Virus record (IMG/VR): IMGVR_UViG_3300047380_001405
Coordinates: 1-58,484 of that record
Origin: a virus
Taxonomy: Duplodnaviria > Caudoviricetes
Length of the DNA stretch: 58,484 bases
Strand: one strand, 5' to 3'
Position 1 is the first letter of the stretch. Each line of letters opens with the position of its first letter. The position numbers and the translations under genes are program-made. The notes beneath the pieces were generated by a model, which saw nothing but the letters and a program-made list of their open reading frames with translations, did not search any database and was not told the origin of the DNA. Positions 20,605 to 30,406 of this stretch are shown piece by piece.

Positions 20605-21411
20605 TTAAGGGGTGTTATCTACAACATAAGTTGAAACTGTATAGAAAAATTTTGTGTCTGTAGCACTGTCATCTGCTACCTCAAGCTGCAGAATGTTGTA
20701 TCCTGTATTATCATAATCTACACCACCAATTTTACAAAACTCATTTGAGTTACTACCTTGAGCAGCTAGAGTTAAAGATTGCCCATATAAATTATAAATG
20801 CTTACAACTTGTCCTTTTTTATAGTTTGTCAAATTAATAGTTAATGCACCTGTTAAACTTCCACTCATTTTAAAACAACTAGCAGTTGAACAATCAAAAG
20901 CAACTGTTCCTGTAAGTGTAGAAATAGTTGCACCCGCTGTATATCTAGCCTCTAATTTATCGTGAGTTATATTATCATTCAAAACCTTTGCCGTAGTAAC
21001 TGCATCTGCTGCAATAGTTAAAGCTGCCGAACCTGTAACATCTCCTGTATGGGTTGCATTAGTAACCTTTGCTGTATTTGCTGCTATCTCTGTATTAATT
21101 GAGTTAGCTAGTTTATCTGCTGTAACCGCATCGTCGGCAAGTTTTGCTGTAGTTATATTTGCATCAGCAATCTTAGCAGTAGTTACGTTAGCATCTAAAA
21201 CTTTTGCTGTTGTAACGGCATCATCAGCGATCTTTGCTGTTGTTATTTGAGAATCTGCTATATGAGCTGTATCAATAGCACCACTCGTTATATGTTCTGA
21301 ATCTACAGCATTATTTGCTATTTTTGTTCCATTAACAGAATCAGCAGCTAAACTTGCTGTGTGAACCGCTCCGTCTGTTAATACGCTATTTGTTACTTTA
21401 GTTAGTGCCAT
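20605..21411 (-). CDS. Tail fibre protein
   Basis: Tandem 10-aa AVTTAKIADD-type repeats. Confidence 0.7.
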   Translation of the reverse strand: MALTKVTNSVLTDGAVHTASLAADSVNGTKIANNAVDSEHITSGAIDTAHIADSQITTAKIADDAVTTAKVLDANVTTAKIADANITTAKLADDAVTADKLANSINTEIAANTAKVTNATHTGDVTGSAALTIAADAVTTAKVLNDNITHDKLEARYTAGATISTLTGTVAFDCSTASCFKMSGSLTGALTINLTNYKKGQVVSIYNLYGQSLTLAAQGSNSNEFCKIGGVDYDNTGYNILQLEVADDSATDTKFFYTVSTYVVDNTP

Positions 21412-21414
21412 GTT

Positions 21415-21738
21415 TTAAGGTTTTGTTGGTTTTGTATTTGGAAAGTTATCTGTATCAGTCCAGTCTCTCAATTCTTGTCTATATGTTATCCAAGCATCTC
21501 TGTTTGGGTAGTCACTCAATGGCATTATGAAGTCTGTATCTTTCAGTTCATTGTTTCTCCACTCCCTAGCTTCAGTTTCAAGTTCTTCAGTTGTTTTTAC
21601 AGGGTGACTCCATCCGTCATCTTCATTCCACAAATCACCAAAACCAAAACCTTCTTCTTCCGCAGCCCAAACTCCACTAAAACCATTAATGTCTGATTGT
21701 TTGCTTTCTGCTATTCCATTTATAATTCTATAATACAT
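21415..21738 (-). CDS. Tail fibre assembly chaperone-like protein
   Basis: AREWRNNELKDTD...WITYRQELRD...FP..KP signature. Confidence 0.65.
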   Translation of the reverse strand: MYYRIINGIAESKQSDINGFSGVWAAEEEGFGFGDLWNEDDGWSHPVKTTEELETEAREWRNNELKDTDFIMPLSDYPNRDAWITYRQELRDWTDTDNFPNTKPTKP

Positions 21739-21749
21739 TTTTTTAGTTT

Positions 21750-22553
21750 TTAATAATATAATAATATTGCTCCATCTCCACCAGTTTCACCAGCAAATCC
21801 ACCACCACCCCATCCGTGACTTTGATTACCTCGAGAACCTGAGATGGAATTACCAGACCCTCCTCCAGCACCATATCCAGAAACGCCCGAATATCCTCCA
21901 AGATGATTTGTTGCATTAGCACTACCCCCTGCCATATCTGAACCATCTCCACTTGATAAAGTTAAACCACCTGTGATTGTTGAATTACCACCATTTGAAA
22001 CACCAGGCGTTACAACTAAATCAGTTGATGCGTTTGTAATAATCGCAGTTCCGAAGTTTATTTTTCCTCCTCTTCCTCCATAGCTAGAATTGTTACCACC
22101 TGCACCACACAAAAAATATCCAATACTGTCTCCATCAGACAAACCTAAATCGGTTGCAGGGTTTACTGTTAAAAAAGTAGGGTTTGTAATAGTTACATAA
22201 GAAAAAGCTGCCATCGTAGCAGTAAGTCCAGGCGTAAAAGTTAAACTAATACCTGCTCCTGTATTTACGTCATAGGCAGTATTTGTAGCTATTGTGTGTG
22301 TTTGTCCATTATGTACAAATGTACCCCCAACAATTTCATTTGCTGAACTTTGATAGCCACTTGGAGTAGTAAGCTGAAAGTTAGTAAACCCAGTCGCCCC
22401 TATTGCTAAATTAGTAAACTGCCTTCCGTAAAATGTAGCAGGAGGTACTTTATCTGTAGCGTCATTTAATGCCCTACTTGTAGAGTATTTTTTCATTTTT
22501 GTAAAACCTCCTCCACCACCTGCTGCAGGAAAAAAACTTGAAAAATTTGTCAT
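21750..22553 (-). CDS. Glycine-rich tail fibre tip protein
   Basis: Gly-rich C-terminal domain (GAGG...GGDGAILLYY). Confidence 0.6.
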   Translation of the reverse strand: MTNFSSFFPAAGGGGGFTKMKKYSTSRALNDATDKVPPATFYGRQFTNLAIGATGFTNFQLTTPSGYQSSANEIVGGTFVHNGQTHTIATNTAYDVNTGAGISLTFTPGLTATMAAFSYVTITNPTFLTVNPATDLGLSDGDSIGYFLCGAGGNNSSYGGRGGKINFGTAIITNASTDLVVTPGVSNGGNSTITGGLTLSSGDGSDMAGGSANATNHLGGYSGVSGYGAGGGSGNSISGSRGNQSHGWGGGGFAGETGGDGAILLYY

Positions 22554-22573
22554 ATTACTTTATTTACTTATTC

Positions 22574-24091
22574 TTATGCTGCCGTACCTTCGACTCCTAT
22601 TAATATCCATCCTTGTGCTGCACCCGAGTAAATTAACTCAAACCCAGCATTTAATTTATCTAGCGTCAAGTCTGCTGTTGCTCCCATAATTTTTTCACTA
22701 TTTCTAGCAATTGTACAAGTTGCAACCCCCGATCTATTACTTACTTTTATATAATTACCAGCACTTGGCGATGCAGGCAATGTTAATGTAAGGTTTGCTG
22801 TTAACACATAAAGATTTCCGCTTACAGCGGTTGTGTTTGACGATATAACAGAAACACCTATTCCTTGTGAATCAACATAGTCTTTCACTGCCGCAGATGT
22901 TGGTAAAGTTGTATCATTATCGTTTGAACCTATACCCTCTGACTCTGTTACTATAGCGGCATCTGCTATTTTAGCTATCGTAACTGCATCGTCTGCTATA
23001 GTCAAAGCTGTTGCGCCCGTTACATCTCCTGTGTGAGTAGCATTTGTAACCTTTGCAGTGTTCGCTGCAATTTCAGAATTGATAGAGTTTGCTAGTTTGT
23101 CAGCAGTCACTGCGTCGTCAGCTATATGCGCTGTGTCTATAGAACCGTCTACATAGTGTTCCGAGTCTATACTGTCATCAGCTATCTTGGCATTTGTAAC
23201 AGCGTCTGCTGCTATCTGAGTCGTACCTACACCACCATCTGATATCTGAACATCGTTTGCGTTAACAGTTATTCCTGTCCCCGCTCCTACAGCTAAAGAT
23301 GCATCTCCTGATGTAGCGTCTCCTGTTAATCCGTTACCTGCTACTATACCTGTTATATCTCCATCAAATTTTTGCTCCCAAGTAAATCCTGCTGTAGTAG
23401 AATCATATGTAAGGACGTAACCATCCGTTGGAGTATTTGTAACGCTTAACTGCTCTTCATATACAGTGCCCGCTGCTAATTGATTTGTGTTTATAGGTTT
23501 TATGTTTACAACCTCTATAGAATCTGAATTCGATGGAGCTGTAGAAAACGTAATCGTACTTCCAGATGTGGAGTAGTTGTCTTTAGATTGATAGACTCCA
23601 TTTATGTAAACTTGAGTATTATTTTCATCAGCAACATTAGCAGTTAAGTTAAAAGCAGTAGCGCTTCCGTCTCCAGTTAAGGTATCTCTGATTATTGTTG
23701 CATTGGCTGATAATATATGTATCAACTCTATACTTACGCCATTTGGAGGTGCCGTTGAAAAAGTTACAGTTGATCCCGATGTAGCGTAATTGTCTTTACT
23801 TTGATAGACTCCATCTAAATATATTTGAACATTGTTTTCAGATACAATAGCAGTTGTCGTATCAAAAGTCACATCAGAACCGTCTCCTGTATAAATGTTT
23901 TTTTCAACTTCAACACTTCCGCCACCAGCGATAGCTCCCCATTCGTCAGTATAACCTTCAAATTGACTATCAGTGCTATTGTATCTAAACATACCAGCAA
24001 CTGGAGAACTAGGTCTTTGACCCGTAGTTCCTGCTGGGAGTTCAATAGCGTCTGTTGTATCAAAATGAACCTTTGATAAGTACCTTGCCAT
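22574..24091 (-). CDS. Tail fibre protein
   Basis: LPAGTTGQRP..GMFRYN head, two VY.NGVYQ...TFSTAP modules, AVT.AKIAD repeats, TLTLPASPSAG tip. Confidence 0.75.
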   Translation of the reverse strand: MARYLSKVHFDTTDAIELPAGTTGQRPSSPVAGMFRYNSTDSQFEGYTDEWGAIAGGGSVEVEKNIYTGDGSDVTFDTTTAIVSENNVQIYLDGVYQSKDNYATSGSTVTFSTAPPNGVSIELIHILSANATIIRDTLTGDGSATAFNLTANVADENNTQVYINGVYQSKDNYSTSGSTITFSTAPSNSDSIEVVNIKPINTNQLAAGTVYEEQLSVTNTPTDGYVLTYDSTTAGFTWEQKFDGDITGIVAGNGLTGDATSGDASLAVGAGTGITVNANDVQISDGGVGTTQIAADAVTNAKIADDSIDSEHYVDGSIDTAHIADDAVTADKLANSINSEIAANTAKVTNATHTGDVTGATALTIADDAVTIAKIADAAIVTESEGIGSNDNDTTLPTSAAVKDYVDSQGIGVSVISSNTTAVSGNLYVLTANLTLTLPASPSAGNYIKVSNRSGVATCTIARNSEKIMGATADLTLDKLNAGFELIYSGAAQGWILIGVEGTAA

Positions 24092-24100
24092 AATTTATTT

Positions 24101-25345
24101 TTAGTCTATTTTAGTAACTAATACTCTAATATCGTTTGATGCAGGAGCAGCAGTAAATGTAATAGTTGCTGTATCTACCGTAGTTCTAACTACGTCTGCA
24201 TAAACAGTATCAAATGAACTGTTATCGTATAATTGAATCACTACATCTCTAGTATTTAAACTATGCGTAACAACAATTGAGGTTGCTGATCCATCTCCAA
24301 TATTTGCTGAAAAACTCCTTGCAGCCAATCCAGCTGGTGTAACAACCTTTGATGTGTCTGTTCCTGTTAAGGCTTCTGCTGTTGTAGCTAATTCAACGAC
24401 CCCTTTGTTACTTTCTGTAGCATCTTCTGCGGCTACTGTAATTGCTCCAGCAGCGTTTGTAATATCAATTGCTTCTCCAGCTGTAAGCGTTGCAAGCTCC
24501 ATATCTCCAGCGGAAGTATTACCCACTAAAAGCTGTCCGTCTGTTGGTGCTGCCCCATCAATACTTGTAATTGAACCAGATAAATCAAGACCAGTAATGT
24601 CTAGATTGCCTTTTGTACCTGAAAATACTTCAGAAGAATTTGTTGCTGACGTAAGGAATGTGAATTTATCTGTAGAATCGTCGTATCCAAAAAATCCTAG
24701 TTTAGCACTTGATCCATCATGATATCTAAATTCAATACCTCTATCCTTATTGTCATCTGAAGCGGGCGCTGTGTCCCCTCCTAAAGTAAAAACAGGATCA
24801 TCTACAGTTACAGTATTTGAGTTTACTGTTGTAGTCGTGCCATTTACAGTTAAATCACCAGTAACTGTTACATCGTTTGTGACAGTTAAGTCATTACCAA
24901 TTGTTACATCATTTGGCAATCCAATCGTTACAGTGTCTCCGTTATTTACGGTTCCTCCATCAGTAACTTCAACCTCGTTAGTAGTCCCGTTAATAGTGAT
25001 ACTTGATGCTCCTATCTGAGCTATAACAAAATCATAAATTTGATCCCCTGTAGCTAGTGCAGTGCCTCCATTTGTAACAGCTCCAGTAACGGTAGCTATA
25101 CTTGGATTTGGTCCAGCAGAGTCTGTAATAGTTAATGTCGTTGAAGTAGATGTTGCAACGCTTTTAATATCCCCTGATGCATCAACAAAACTAGAGCCAT
25201 CAAAAAAGTACAGTTTGTTGTCTGTAGAGTTGTAATACATTTGTCCTTCTACTGGGCTTGAAGGAGCTGTCGATAAGACATGAATCTTTACGTTTTGTAA
25301 TTCATTCTTATTTAAGTCAATGTTATTAAGAAAGTTTATAGCCAT
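24101..25345 (-). CDS. Tail fibre/structural protein
   Basis: APSSPVEGQMYYN, GDLTVNGTTTTVNS...DRGIEFRY, VTHSLNTRDV motifs. Confidence 0.65.
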   Translation of the reverse strand: MAINFLNNIDLNKNELQNVKIHVLSTAPSSPVEGQMYYNSTDNKLYFFDGSSFVDASGDIKSVATSTSTTLTITDSAGPNPSIATVTGAVTNGGTALATGDQIYDFVIAQIGASSITINGTTNEVEVTDGGTVNNGDTVTIGLPNDVTIGNDLTVTNDVTVTGDLTVNGTTTTVNSNTVTVDDPVFTLGGDTAPASDDNKDRGIEFRYHDGSSAKLGFFGYDDSTDKFTFLTSATNSSEVFSGTKGNLDITGLDLSGSITSIDGAAPTDGQLLVGNTSAGDMELATLTAGEAIDITNAAGAITVAAEDATESNKGVVELATTAEALTGTDTSKVVTPAGLAARSFSANIGDGSATSIVVTHSLNTRDVVIQLYDNSSFDTVYADVVRTTVDTATITFTAAPASNDIRVLVTKID

Positions 25346-25349
25346 TTTT

Positions 25350-25691
25350 TTAGTTTAAATATGCTTTACCTGTAAAAGCGGATGAAAAAGTTAATGTTAT
25401 TTGGTTGTCGTCAACATACTGAGTGTGACCGTATATTATGTTTCCTCCAGTGTCAACTATGCTTACAGACGGGTGCCTCTGTAAGTTGTGTGTTATAGTC
25501 CAGGTGGTTGAAGCAACACCTTGAGTGTGAGTGTAGGTTGATGCTGCAAATCTTCCTGTTCCAAATAAATAATCCGCTACACTTACAGCGGAGTATGTTT
25601 TAGTAGCAAGACCGTCTCCTACATCTGATCCAATAAACAAATCATTATCTGTTACAGTATTGTCTGCGGGATAAGAGCTAATTCTAGGCAT
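25350..25691 (-). CDS. Structural protein (fibre base)
   Basis: Start MPRISSY at 25691 after a TAAATTTG promoter; WTITHNL..PSV...TFS.AF.GKAYLN. Confidence 0.55.
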   Translation of the reverse strand: MPRISSYPADNTVTDNDLFIGSDVGDGLATKTYSAVSVADYLFGTGRFAASTYTHTQGVASTTWTITHNLQRHPSVSIVDTGGNIIYGHTQYVDDNQITLTFSSAFTGKAYLN

Positions 25692-25733
25692 AATTGATTG
25701 TTTATGCAAATTTACAAAAAAAACAAAGACGGT

Positions 25734-25868
25734 TTATCGCCCTTGCCCCCTGTAACCTTTCTTGTAATTTTTGGATGACTTCAAAGAAGAACTCTTGGTT
25801 TTTGAGTGCACTCCTGGTCTTTTAATCTTGCTTTTTTGGTAAACAGTTGTGTTTATACTTTTAGCCAT
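25734..25868 (-). CDS. Small basic protein (44 aa)
   Basis: MAKSINTTVYQKSKIKRPGVHSKTKSSSLKSSKNYKKGYRGQGR; translated by hand. Confidence 0.55.
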   Translation of the reverse strand: MAKSINTTVYQKSKIKRPGVHSKTKSSSLKSSKNYKKGYRGQGR

Positions 25869-26292
25869 TTTTTCCAGGTATTTTAACTCCAATCTTATCT
25901 GCCGTTCTAGCTCCGAAGTATCCGCAAAGGACCCATGTGAGGAGCGATGCCGTGTCTTCTGTGGGGAGACCCATGTACCATCCGCCTACATACGCTCCGA
26001 CTAATACAATTAAAGTCAGCGGTCTTACATTACGAGCAAGCCAACTTTGGCTTCCAGAGTCTGCAACCCAGCGCCTAGTTACACCGTCTATTTCAGCCCT
26101 TTCAAGTCTAAGTTTTTCTAAAGCTATACTTTTGTCGTTTTCGCTTAATTCTTGATTGCCGTTTATTAATTCAGATATAACATTTCCTGGAAGTATAGCG
26201 TCACCAACCATGCCTAGTATTGAAGGCGCTTTCTCGATAAGAAACCTGCCTACCCCTGTTTCCTTAAATGGTTTTTTACCCTTGCTACTCAT
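25861..26292 (-). CDS. Putative holin
   Basis: RW.AD..SWLARNVRP, two TM helices and YFGART, typical of 3TM-holin family proteins. Confidence 0.65.
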   Translation of the reverse strand: MSSKGKKPFKETGVGRFLIEKAPSILGMVGDAILPGNVISELINGNQELSENDKSIALEKLRLERAEIDGVTRRWVADSGSQSWLARNVRPLTLIVLVGAYVGGWYMGLPTEDTASLLTWVLCGYFGARTADKIGVKIPGKNG

Positions 26293-26644
26293 CTTCTTTT
26301 TTCAACTGAAACTGCGCCCCTACTACTGAAAGCTTTTTAATAATATCTTGTTGCAGTGTAATAACCATGTTTTCTAATTGATCATTTCTTTTTTCCATGA
26401 TATCACAAGTAGCTTGAAGTGAGTCAACTTTATTTTGAAGCTTAGTAACTTCGTCTGGGTTCTTTCCTATGATGGTAAATATGACCACCGATAAAGACCC
26501 AACAATCATTCCGATAATGGATACAAAAATATCTTTGTTTTCTTGAGGGATGGTTTCGTAGGATAAAAATAAAAGCAGCCCAACAACTAAAATAAAAACT
26601 CCAGCGGCTCCTATATAATGTCTTAAATCTCTTGCGTCTTTCAT
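26285..26644 (-). CDS. Membrane protein (lysis cassette)
   Basis: Two TM helices and a coiled coil, between holin and endolysin. Confidence 0.5.
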   Translation of the reverse strand: MKDARDLRHYIGAAGVFILVVGLLLFLSYETIPQENKDIFVSIIGMIVGSLSVVIFTIIGKNPDEVTKLQNKVDSLQATCDIMEKRNDQLENMVITLQQDIIKKLSVVGAQFQLKKEDE

Positions 26645-27099
26645 ATTAATGTATAATTTGTTTTTCCGTTTAATTTTTGTGCTCTAAGGCATCTTTGTCT
26701 GTTTCCGTCTTCCGATATATAACTAACGTGAATCCAGTCAGGATTCTCATCGCTGCCAAACTCCCAAATAAGTTGATCAAAATTAAGATTAATTTTTATA
26801 TAGTTAAACATCTCGGCATTCGTCTTGTAACCATGAACATCATCCAAGTCAATCGCTCTTCCCTCGCAATGCTGTGATCTAGATGACCCCCCAATAGCCT
26901 TATTTAAACTATCGCATCTATAAAAGCTGTTTATTCTGATAGGACCTCCAACCCACTCTCTTAATGGCTCAAATATTTTTTCAGCCACGATTTCCATGTT
27001 TTGTTTGTCGTAGGCACTAGGAATATTATCTATTCCCATTCTAAGAGCTGTGTTTGATTTTATTCCTTCCTTATAACTTATGTGCTGTGAAATTTTCAT
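26641..27099 (-). CDS. Endolysin, peptidase M15A family
   Basis: INSFYRC..LN..IGG...SQH..GRAID and WIHVSY zinc-binding motifs. Confidence 0.85.
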   Translation of the reverse strand: MKISQHISYKEGIKSNTALRMGIDNIPSAYDKQNMEIVAEKIFEPLREWVGGPIRINSFYRCDSLNKAIGGSSRSQHCEGRAIDLDDVHGYKTNAEMFNYIKINLNFDQLIWEFGSDENPDWIHVSYISEDGNRQRCLRAQKLNGKTNYTLI

Positions 27100-27105
27100 T
27101 TTTCA

Positions 27106-28347
27106 TTAATTTGAATTTATATCGTAATAAACAACATTTGTTCCGCCAGTAGAACTAGTATTTAAATATCCAGAAACAAATAATCTTTTCCCTAATACTT
27201 TCATGTTATAGACGTTTGTTCTAAACTGAGCAGTTGATCCTGGATTATTTAGTTGCGTTGTTCCTATATAATTATTAGTTGGTGATGTTGCGCTAAATGG
27301 ATCCGTTGTAGTCCAAGCTGGTCTATCGTAATTTGTTCCATACTCTGCTGTATGAAGATATGTTGGACCATATTTTATAAGAGTTGACGCTTCTGATGAT
27401 GGTCCACCAGCAGGAGTGAATCCCGACTGAGTGAAATTCGCGCCTCCGTTAAGGCTATATTGATAATGATTATTATAATCATCTCTATATATAACCTTGT
27501 TGGCATTTTCAACATATATATTATCAACAGGATTTCCTGATAAATTGCTAGCAAACAAGCTTGTCCAATTCAATCCATTATCGGTTGATTTTGCTATCTC
27601 TCTTCCAGTTGAAAAATAAACTGTATTACCATAGCCTTTTAAATGATCTAATAAAAACTTTGAATTTACGCCATAAGTGTGAGTAAACACTGAAGTAAAA
27701 TTTGTGTTATTGGTAGATCTTAAAAGTTCTGTGTTTGTAGCAATATAATAAGCATTATTGTGATAAAAATACCCACAAACATAATCAGATCCTGGAAGAG
27801 CTATATCTGTAGTATGAGTTGAAAAAGTACCAAGATTATTAAGATAGTGTTTGTTTATAGTTGCATCACTAGCCGCATAATAAAAAGCACCTCCTCCTCC
27901 GTCTGCTGGATTAAACATAATGATAGTTCCATAGCTAGTTGACAGATTGGAAGTTATATCAGTCCATGACGTTCCAGAGTTGGATGATATGATGGTTTTG
28001 CTACCAGTACCAGGTCCTGAGCTAACAACAACTGTTTCTTTGCCATCCGTAGCTATATTGGTGTCTCTAGGCGCAGTTGATGTATCCAAAGACTGTATAC
28101 CTCTATATGTAAATGTAGGTGTAGTGTCTCCTAAATTAACAGAAATATCTTTATAGTTAGTGCAAGTTCCTGTAGAATAAACTCTTACAGTAGTTGTAGC
28201 ATTATCAAGAGTTAATGAATATCCAGATAATAAAGAGCTTGAAGATACATTAGTAGCTACAGCAGAAGCATAGTTATCAGAGTTTTGATGTATACTAAAC
28301 GATCCTGCGCCTGTTCCTATTAAATCAAGTGTTAATGTTGCTGTCAT
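27106..28347 (-). CDS. BNR/Asp-box repeat beta-propeller protein
   Basis: SSNSGTSW, STDNGLNW and SLNGGANF Asp-box-like repeats. Confidence 0.6.
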   Translation of the reverse strand: MTATLTLDLIGTGAGSFSIHQNSDNYASAVATNVSSSSLLSGYSLTLDNATTTVRVYSTGTCTNYKDISVNLGDTTPTFTYRGIQSLDTSTAPRDTNIATDGKETVVVSSGPGTGSKTIISSNSGTSWTDITSNLSTSYGTIIMFNPADGGGGAFYYAASDATINKHYLNNLGTFSTHTTDIALPGSDYVCGYFYHNNAYYIATNTELLRSTNNTNFTSVFTHTYGVNSKFLLDHLKGYGNTVYFSTGREIAKSTDNGLNWTSLFASNLSGNPVDNIYVENANKVIYRDDYNNHYQYSLNGGANFTQSGFTPAGGPSSEASTLIKYGPTYLHTAEYGTNYDRPAWTTTDPFSATSPTNNYIGTTQLNNPGSTAQFRTNVYNMKVLGKRLFVSGYLNTSSTGGTNVVYYDINSN

Positions 28348-28358
28348 ATTTTAATAAT

Positions 28359-29387
28359 TTATGTTTTTATACAATTTCCTTCTATTTGACAATTACTTTC
28401 AGCTTCAAGTGTTCCGCTACATTGACCCTCAATAACACATCCTGTTGGACCTATTGTTGTTGTGGTCGTAGTGGTAGGAGCTGCGGTGGTTGTCGTTGTC
28501 GTTGGTGCAGCAGTAGTAGTTGTCGTGGTACTAGTAGTGGTGCTAGTTGTAGTGGTCGTACTAGTTGTAGTGGTTGTTGTTGGCTGCGTACAACTTGCAT
28601 CATAAGATAAGTTGTTTTGACCTCCCATATAACCATGATACCAACACTCATAACTTACAGTTCCATAATCCGAACTTACTGTTATTGTTACATCTCCATA
28701 GAAATATTGATATGAGTTTCCGTCTTGTGCGGTTTTTGTTCCTTGACTTGTTGTGCCAGTGTAAGATATTTGAGATGTTTTGCTATTATTCAGTATTGCT
28801 ATTGGGTGTGACGAAGATATGCCCGTCAATGTATATGTTCCTGTAGTTGTTTTATAGCTACCATATGAACCTCCGAATACGTAACTGTTTGCTCCATTAA
28901 CAGTAGCAAATGTAACAGCGTTGGATGCTGATAGACATATATTGTTTGGAGCCGCAGTTGTTGTCGTAGTAGTAGTTGTTGGAGCTGCCGTTGTTGTCGT
29001 TGTGGTGGTAGTAGGAGCTGCTGTTGTTGTAGTAGTTGTTGGTGTAGCAGTCGTGGTAGTTGTAGTTGTTCCAGCTAAAGTTGTTGTTGTGGTTGTTGGT
29101 GCAGCGGTAGTAGTAGTGGTTGTAGTTGTTGTTTGACCTGGCAATGTAGTAGTTGTGGTGGTTGTAGAAACTGGTCCTTGAAAACTCCAAGTTCCATCGC
29201 CATTACTAGTTAATACCTGACCTGGCAATCCAACCCCTCCCCTTACATAAGCAGCTAATTTTGAAACAGGATAATTTTTTGTGTGCTTAGGATCATTACC
29301 ATCATCACCTATAATTTTGTCTGCATCTGATATTGTGGAATCCGCTGCAAAATCCTTTAAGTTTATTTGTGATTTATTTAGTTTCAT
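28359..29387 (-). CDS. Mucin-like structural protein with a cupredoxin-like module
   Basis: Long poly-Thr/AAP tracts; SSHPIA...YECWYHGYMG motif; fibre-like GQVLTSNGDG. Confidence 0.55.
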   Translation of the reverse strand: MKLNKSQINLKDFAADSTISDADKIIGDDGNDPKHTKNYPVSKLAAYVRGGVGLPGQVLTSNGDGTWSFQGPVSTTTTTTTLPGQTTTTTTTTTAAPTTTTTTLAGTTTTTTTATPTTTTTTAAPTTTTTTTTAAPTTTTTTTTAAPNNICLSASNAVTFATVNGANSYVFGGSYGSYKTTTGTYTLTGISSSHPIAILNNSKTSQISYTGTTSQGTKTAQDGNSYQYFYGDVTITVSSDYGTVSYECWYHGYMGGQNNLSYDASCTQPTTTTTTSTTTTTSTTTSTTTTTTAAPTTTTTTAAPTTTTTTTIGPTGCVIEGQCSGTLEAESNCQIEGNCIKT

Positions 29388-29587
29388 CAGATTGTTGACC
29401 AGTATACGCCACCAATACCATCAGATTTCAACACTTGTCCAGCGGTTCCGCCTGTAGGAATAATATACTGTTTTAGATCACCAATCGATATGTTTTTTGT
29501 TTGATTAGCATTATCAGCGTCTGTTGATAACAAAAGATCATTGTCAGTTATTTGAGTATCTGCATCGTATTTTTGAATTCTTGGCAT
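29387..29587 (-). CDS. Small fibre-like protein
   Basis: MPRI..Y..D..D.D N-terminus shared with 25350-25691; GQVLKSDG.G. Confidence 0.55.
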   Translation of the reverse strand: MPRIQKYDADTQITDNDLLLSTDADNANQTKNISIGDLKQYIIPTGGTAGQVLKSDGIGGVYWSTI

Positions 29588-29868
29588 TATTTTCTTCTAT
29601 AGTTATCCTCTATGTGTTTTATGTCGTCCATGTTTTCTTTAGCTTGGACTGCTACTTTTTCTATCTTTAAATCCACCTCTCTTTTATAAGCCTCTAAATC
29701 TTTTTCACTAACCTCTTGTTTAGGCATCTCCATAGCCTTTTCTATTTTGTTGTTCAAGGTGTAATACGAGCCTATGATTGACGCAAATAATGAAAAAACA
29801 GCAATTAGCTGTGTTGCGTTTATTTGAAAGTCTGGTTTACCATCTCCATCGATATCAACTTTTGCCAT
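29587..29868 (-). CDS. Membrane-anchored coiled-coil protein
   Basis: DIDGDGKPD motif, one TM helix, coiled coil. Confidence 0.5.
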   Translation of the reverse strand: MAKVDIDGDGKPDFQINATQLIAVFSLFASIIGSYYTLNNKIEKAMEMPKQEVSEKDLEAYKREVDLKIEKVAVQAKENMDDIKHIEDNYRRK

Positions 29869-30013
29869 TCTTTTTTATTTTTTCTGTTATATTAATAACG
29901 GTGTATATAAGGGTTGCTGTTAAAACTAAAGTTGATAAAATTGGATTTATATCAGCAAAAAAACTACCGCCCAAAGCAGTTAAACTAATTCCGTATATCT
30001 TCAAATCTTCCAT
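29855..30013 (-). CDS. Small membrane protein (holin-like, 52 aa)
   Basis: MEDLKIYGISLTALGGSFFADINPILSTLVLTATLIYTVINITEKIKKNGKS; translated by hand. Confidence 0.5.
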   Translation of the reverse strand: MEDLKIYGISLTALGGSFFADINPILSTLVLTATLIYTVINITEKIKKNGKS

Positions 30014-30090
30014 TATTTTTTATGTGAGCCGTCACAATAACCCTCTGCATTAGAGGTGTTTCCGCATTGGCATATTGGTTTTCCTTTCAT
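30013..30090 (-). CDS. Minimal CDGSH-type iron-sulfur/zinc-finger microprotein (25 aa)
   Basis: MKGKPICQCGNTSNAEGYCDGSHKK; its stop overlaps the next ATG (TAATG). Confidence 0.65.
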   Translation of the reverse strand: MKGKPICQCGNTSNAEGYCDGSHKK

Positions 30091-30094
30091 GATT

Positions 30095-30391
30095 TTATTT
30101 TTTAGGTTTTCTACCTGGTCTTGTTTTTCCTGTAGCAGCTTTTGGTATATCTCCTAGTTGATTGCCAACTTCTTTGATGGCTTTACCAACGTCTTTAAGC
30201 TCTTCTCCTACACGTTCTACACGAATAGATACATCTTGCTTCAGTTCAGCCATTTTCTCCTCTAAGAGGTCAGGAATCATGTTGTTGTTGTCATCACGAG
30301 TCAGACCTTTTCTAGTCATCCAAATTGCTGCAATGTTAACTACCACTAAAAGTGCTATAACTGCGATTAAAATAAAAATAATAGTTGTCAT
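30095..30391 (-). CDS. Membrane-anchored protein
   Basis: N-terminal TM helix, DDNNNMIPD, helical C-terminus. Confidence 0.55.
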   Translation of the reverse strand: MTTIIFILIAVIALLVVVNIAAIWMTRKGLTRDDNNNMIPDLLEEKMAELKQDVSIRVERVGEELKDVGKAIKEVGNQLGDIPKAATGKTRPGRKPKK

Positions 30392-30406
30392 ATATAAAAA
30401 TTAAAA

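Noticed and set aside
19699-25345. Diversity-generating retroelement or invertible fibre locus
   Set aside because: No reverse transcriptase or invertase, and no adenine-specific TR/VR pair seen.
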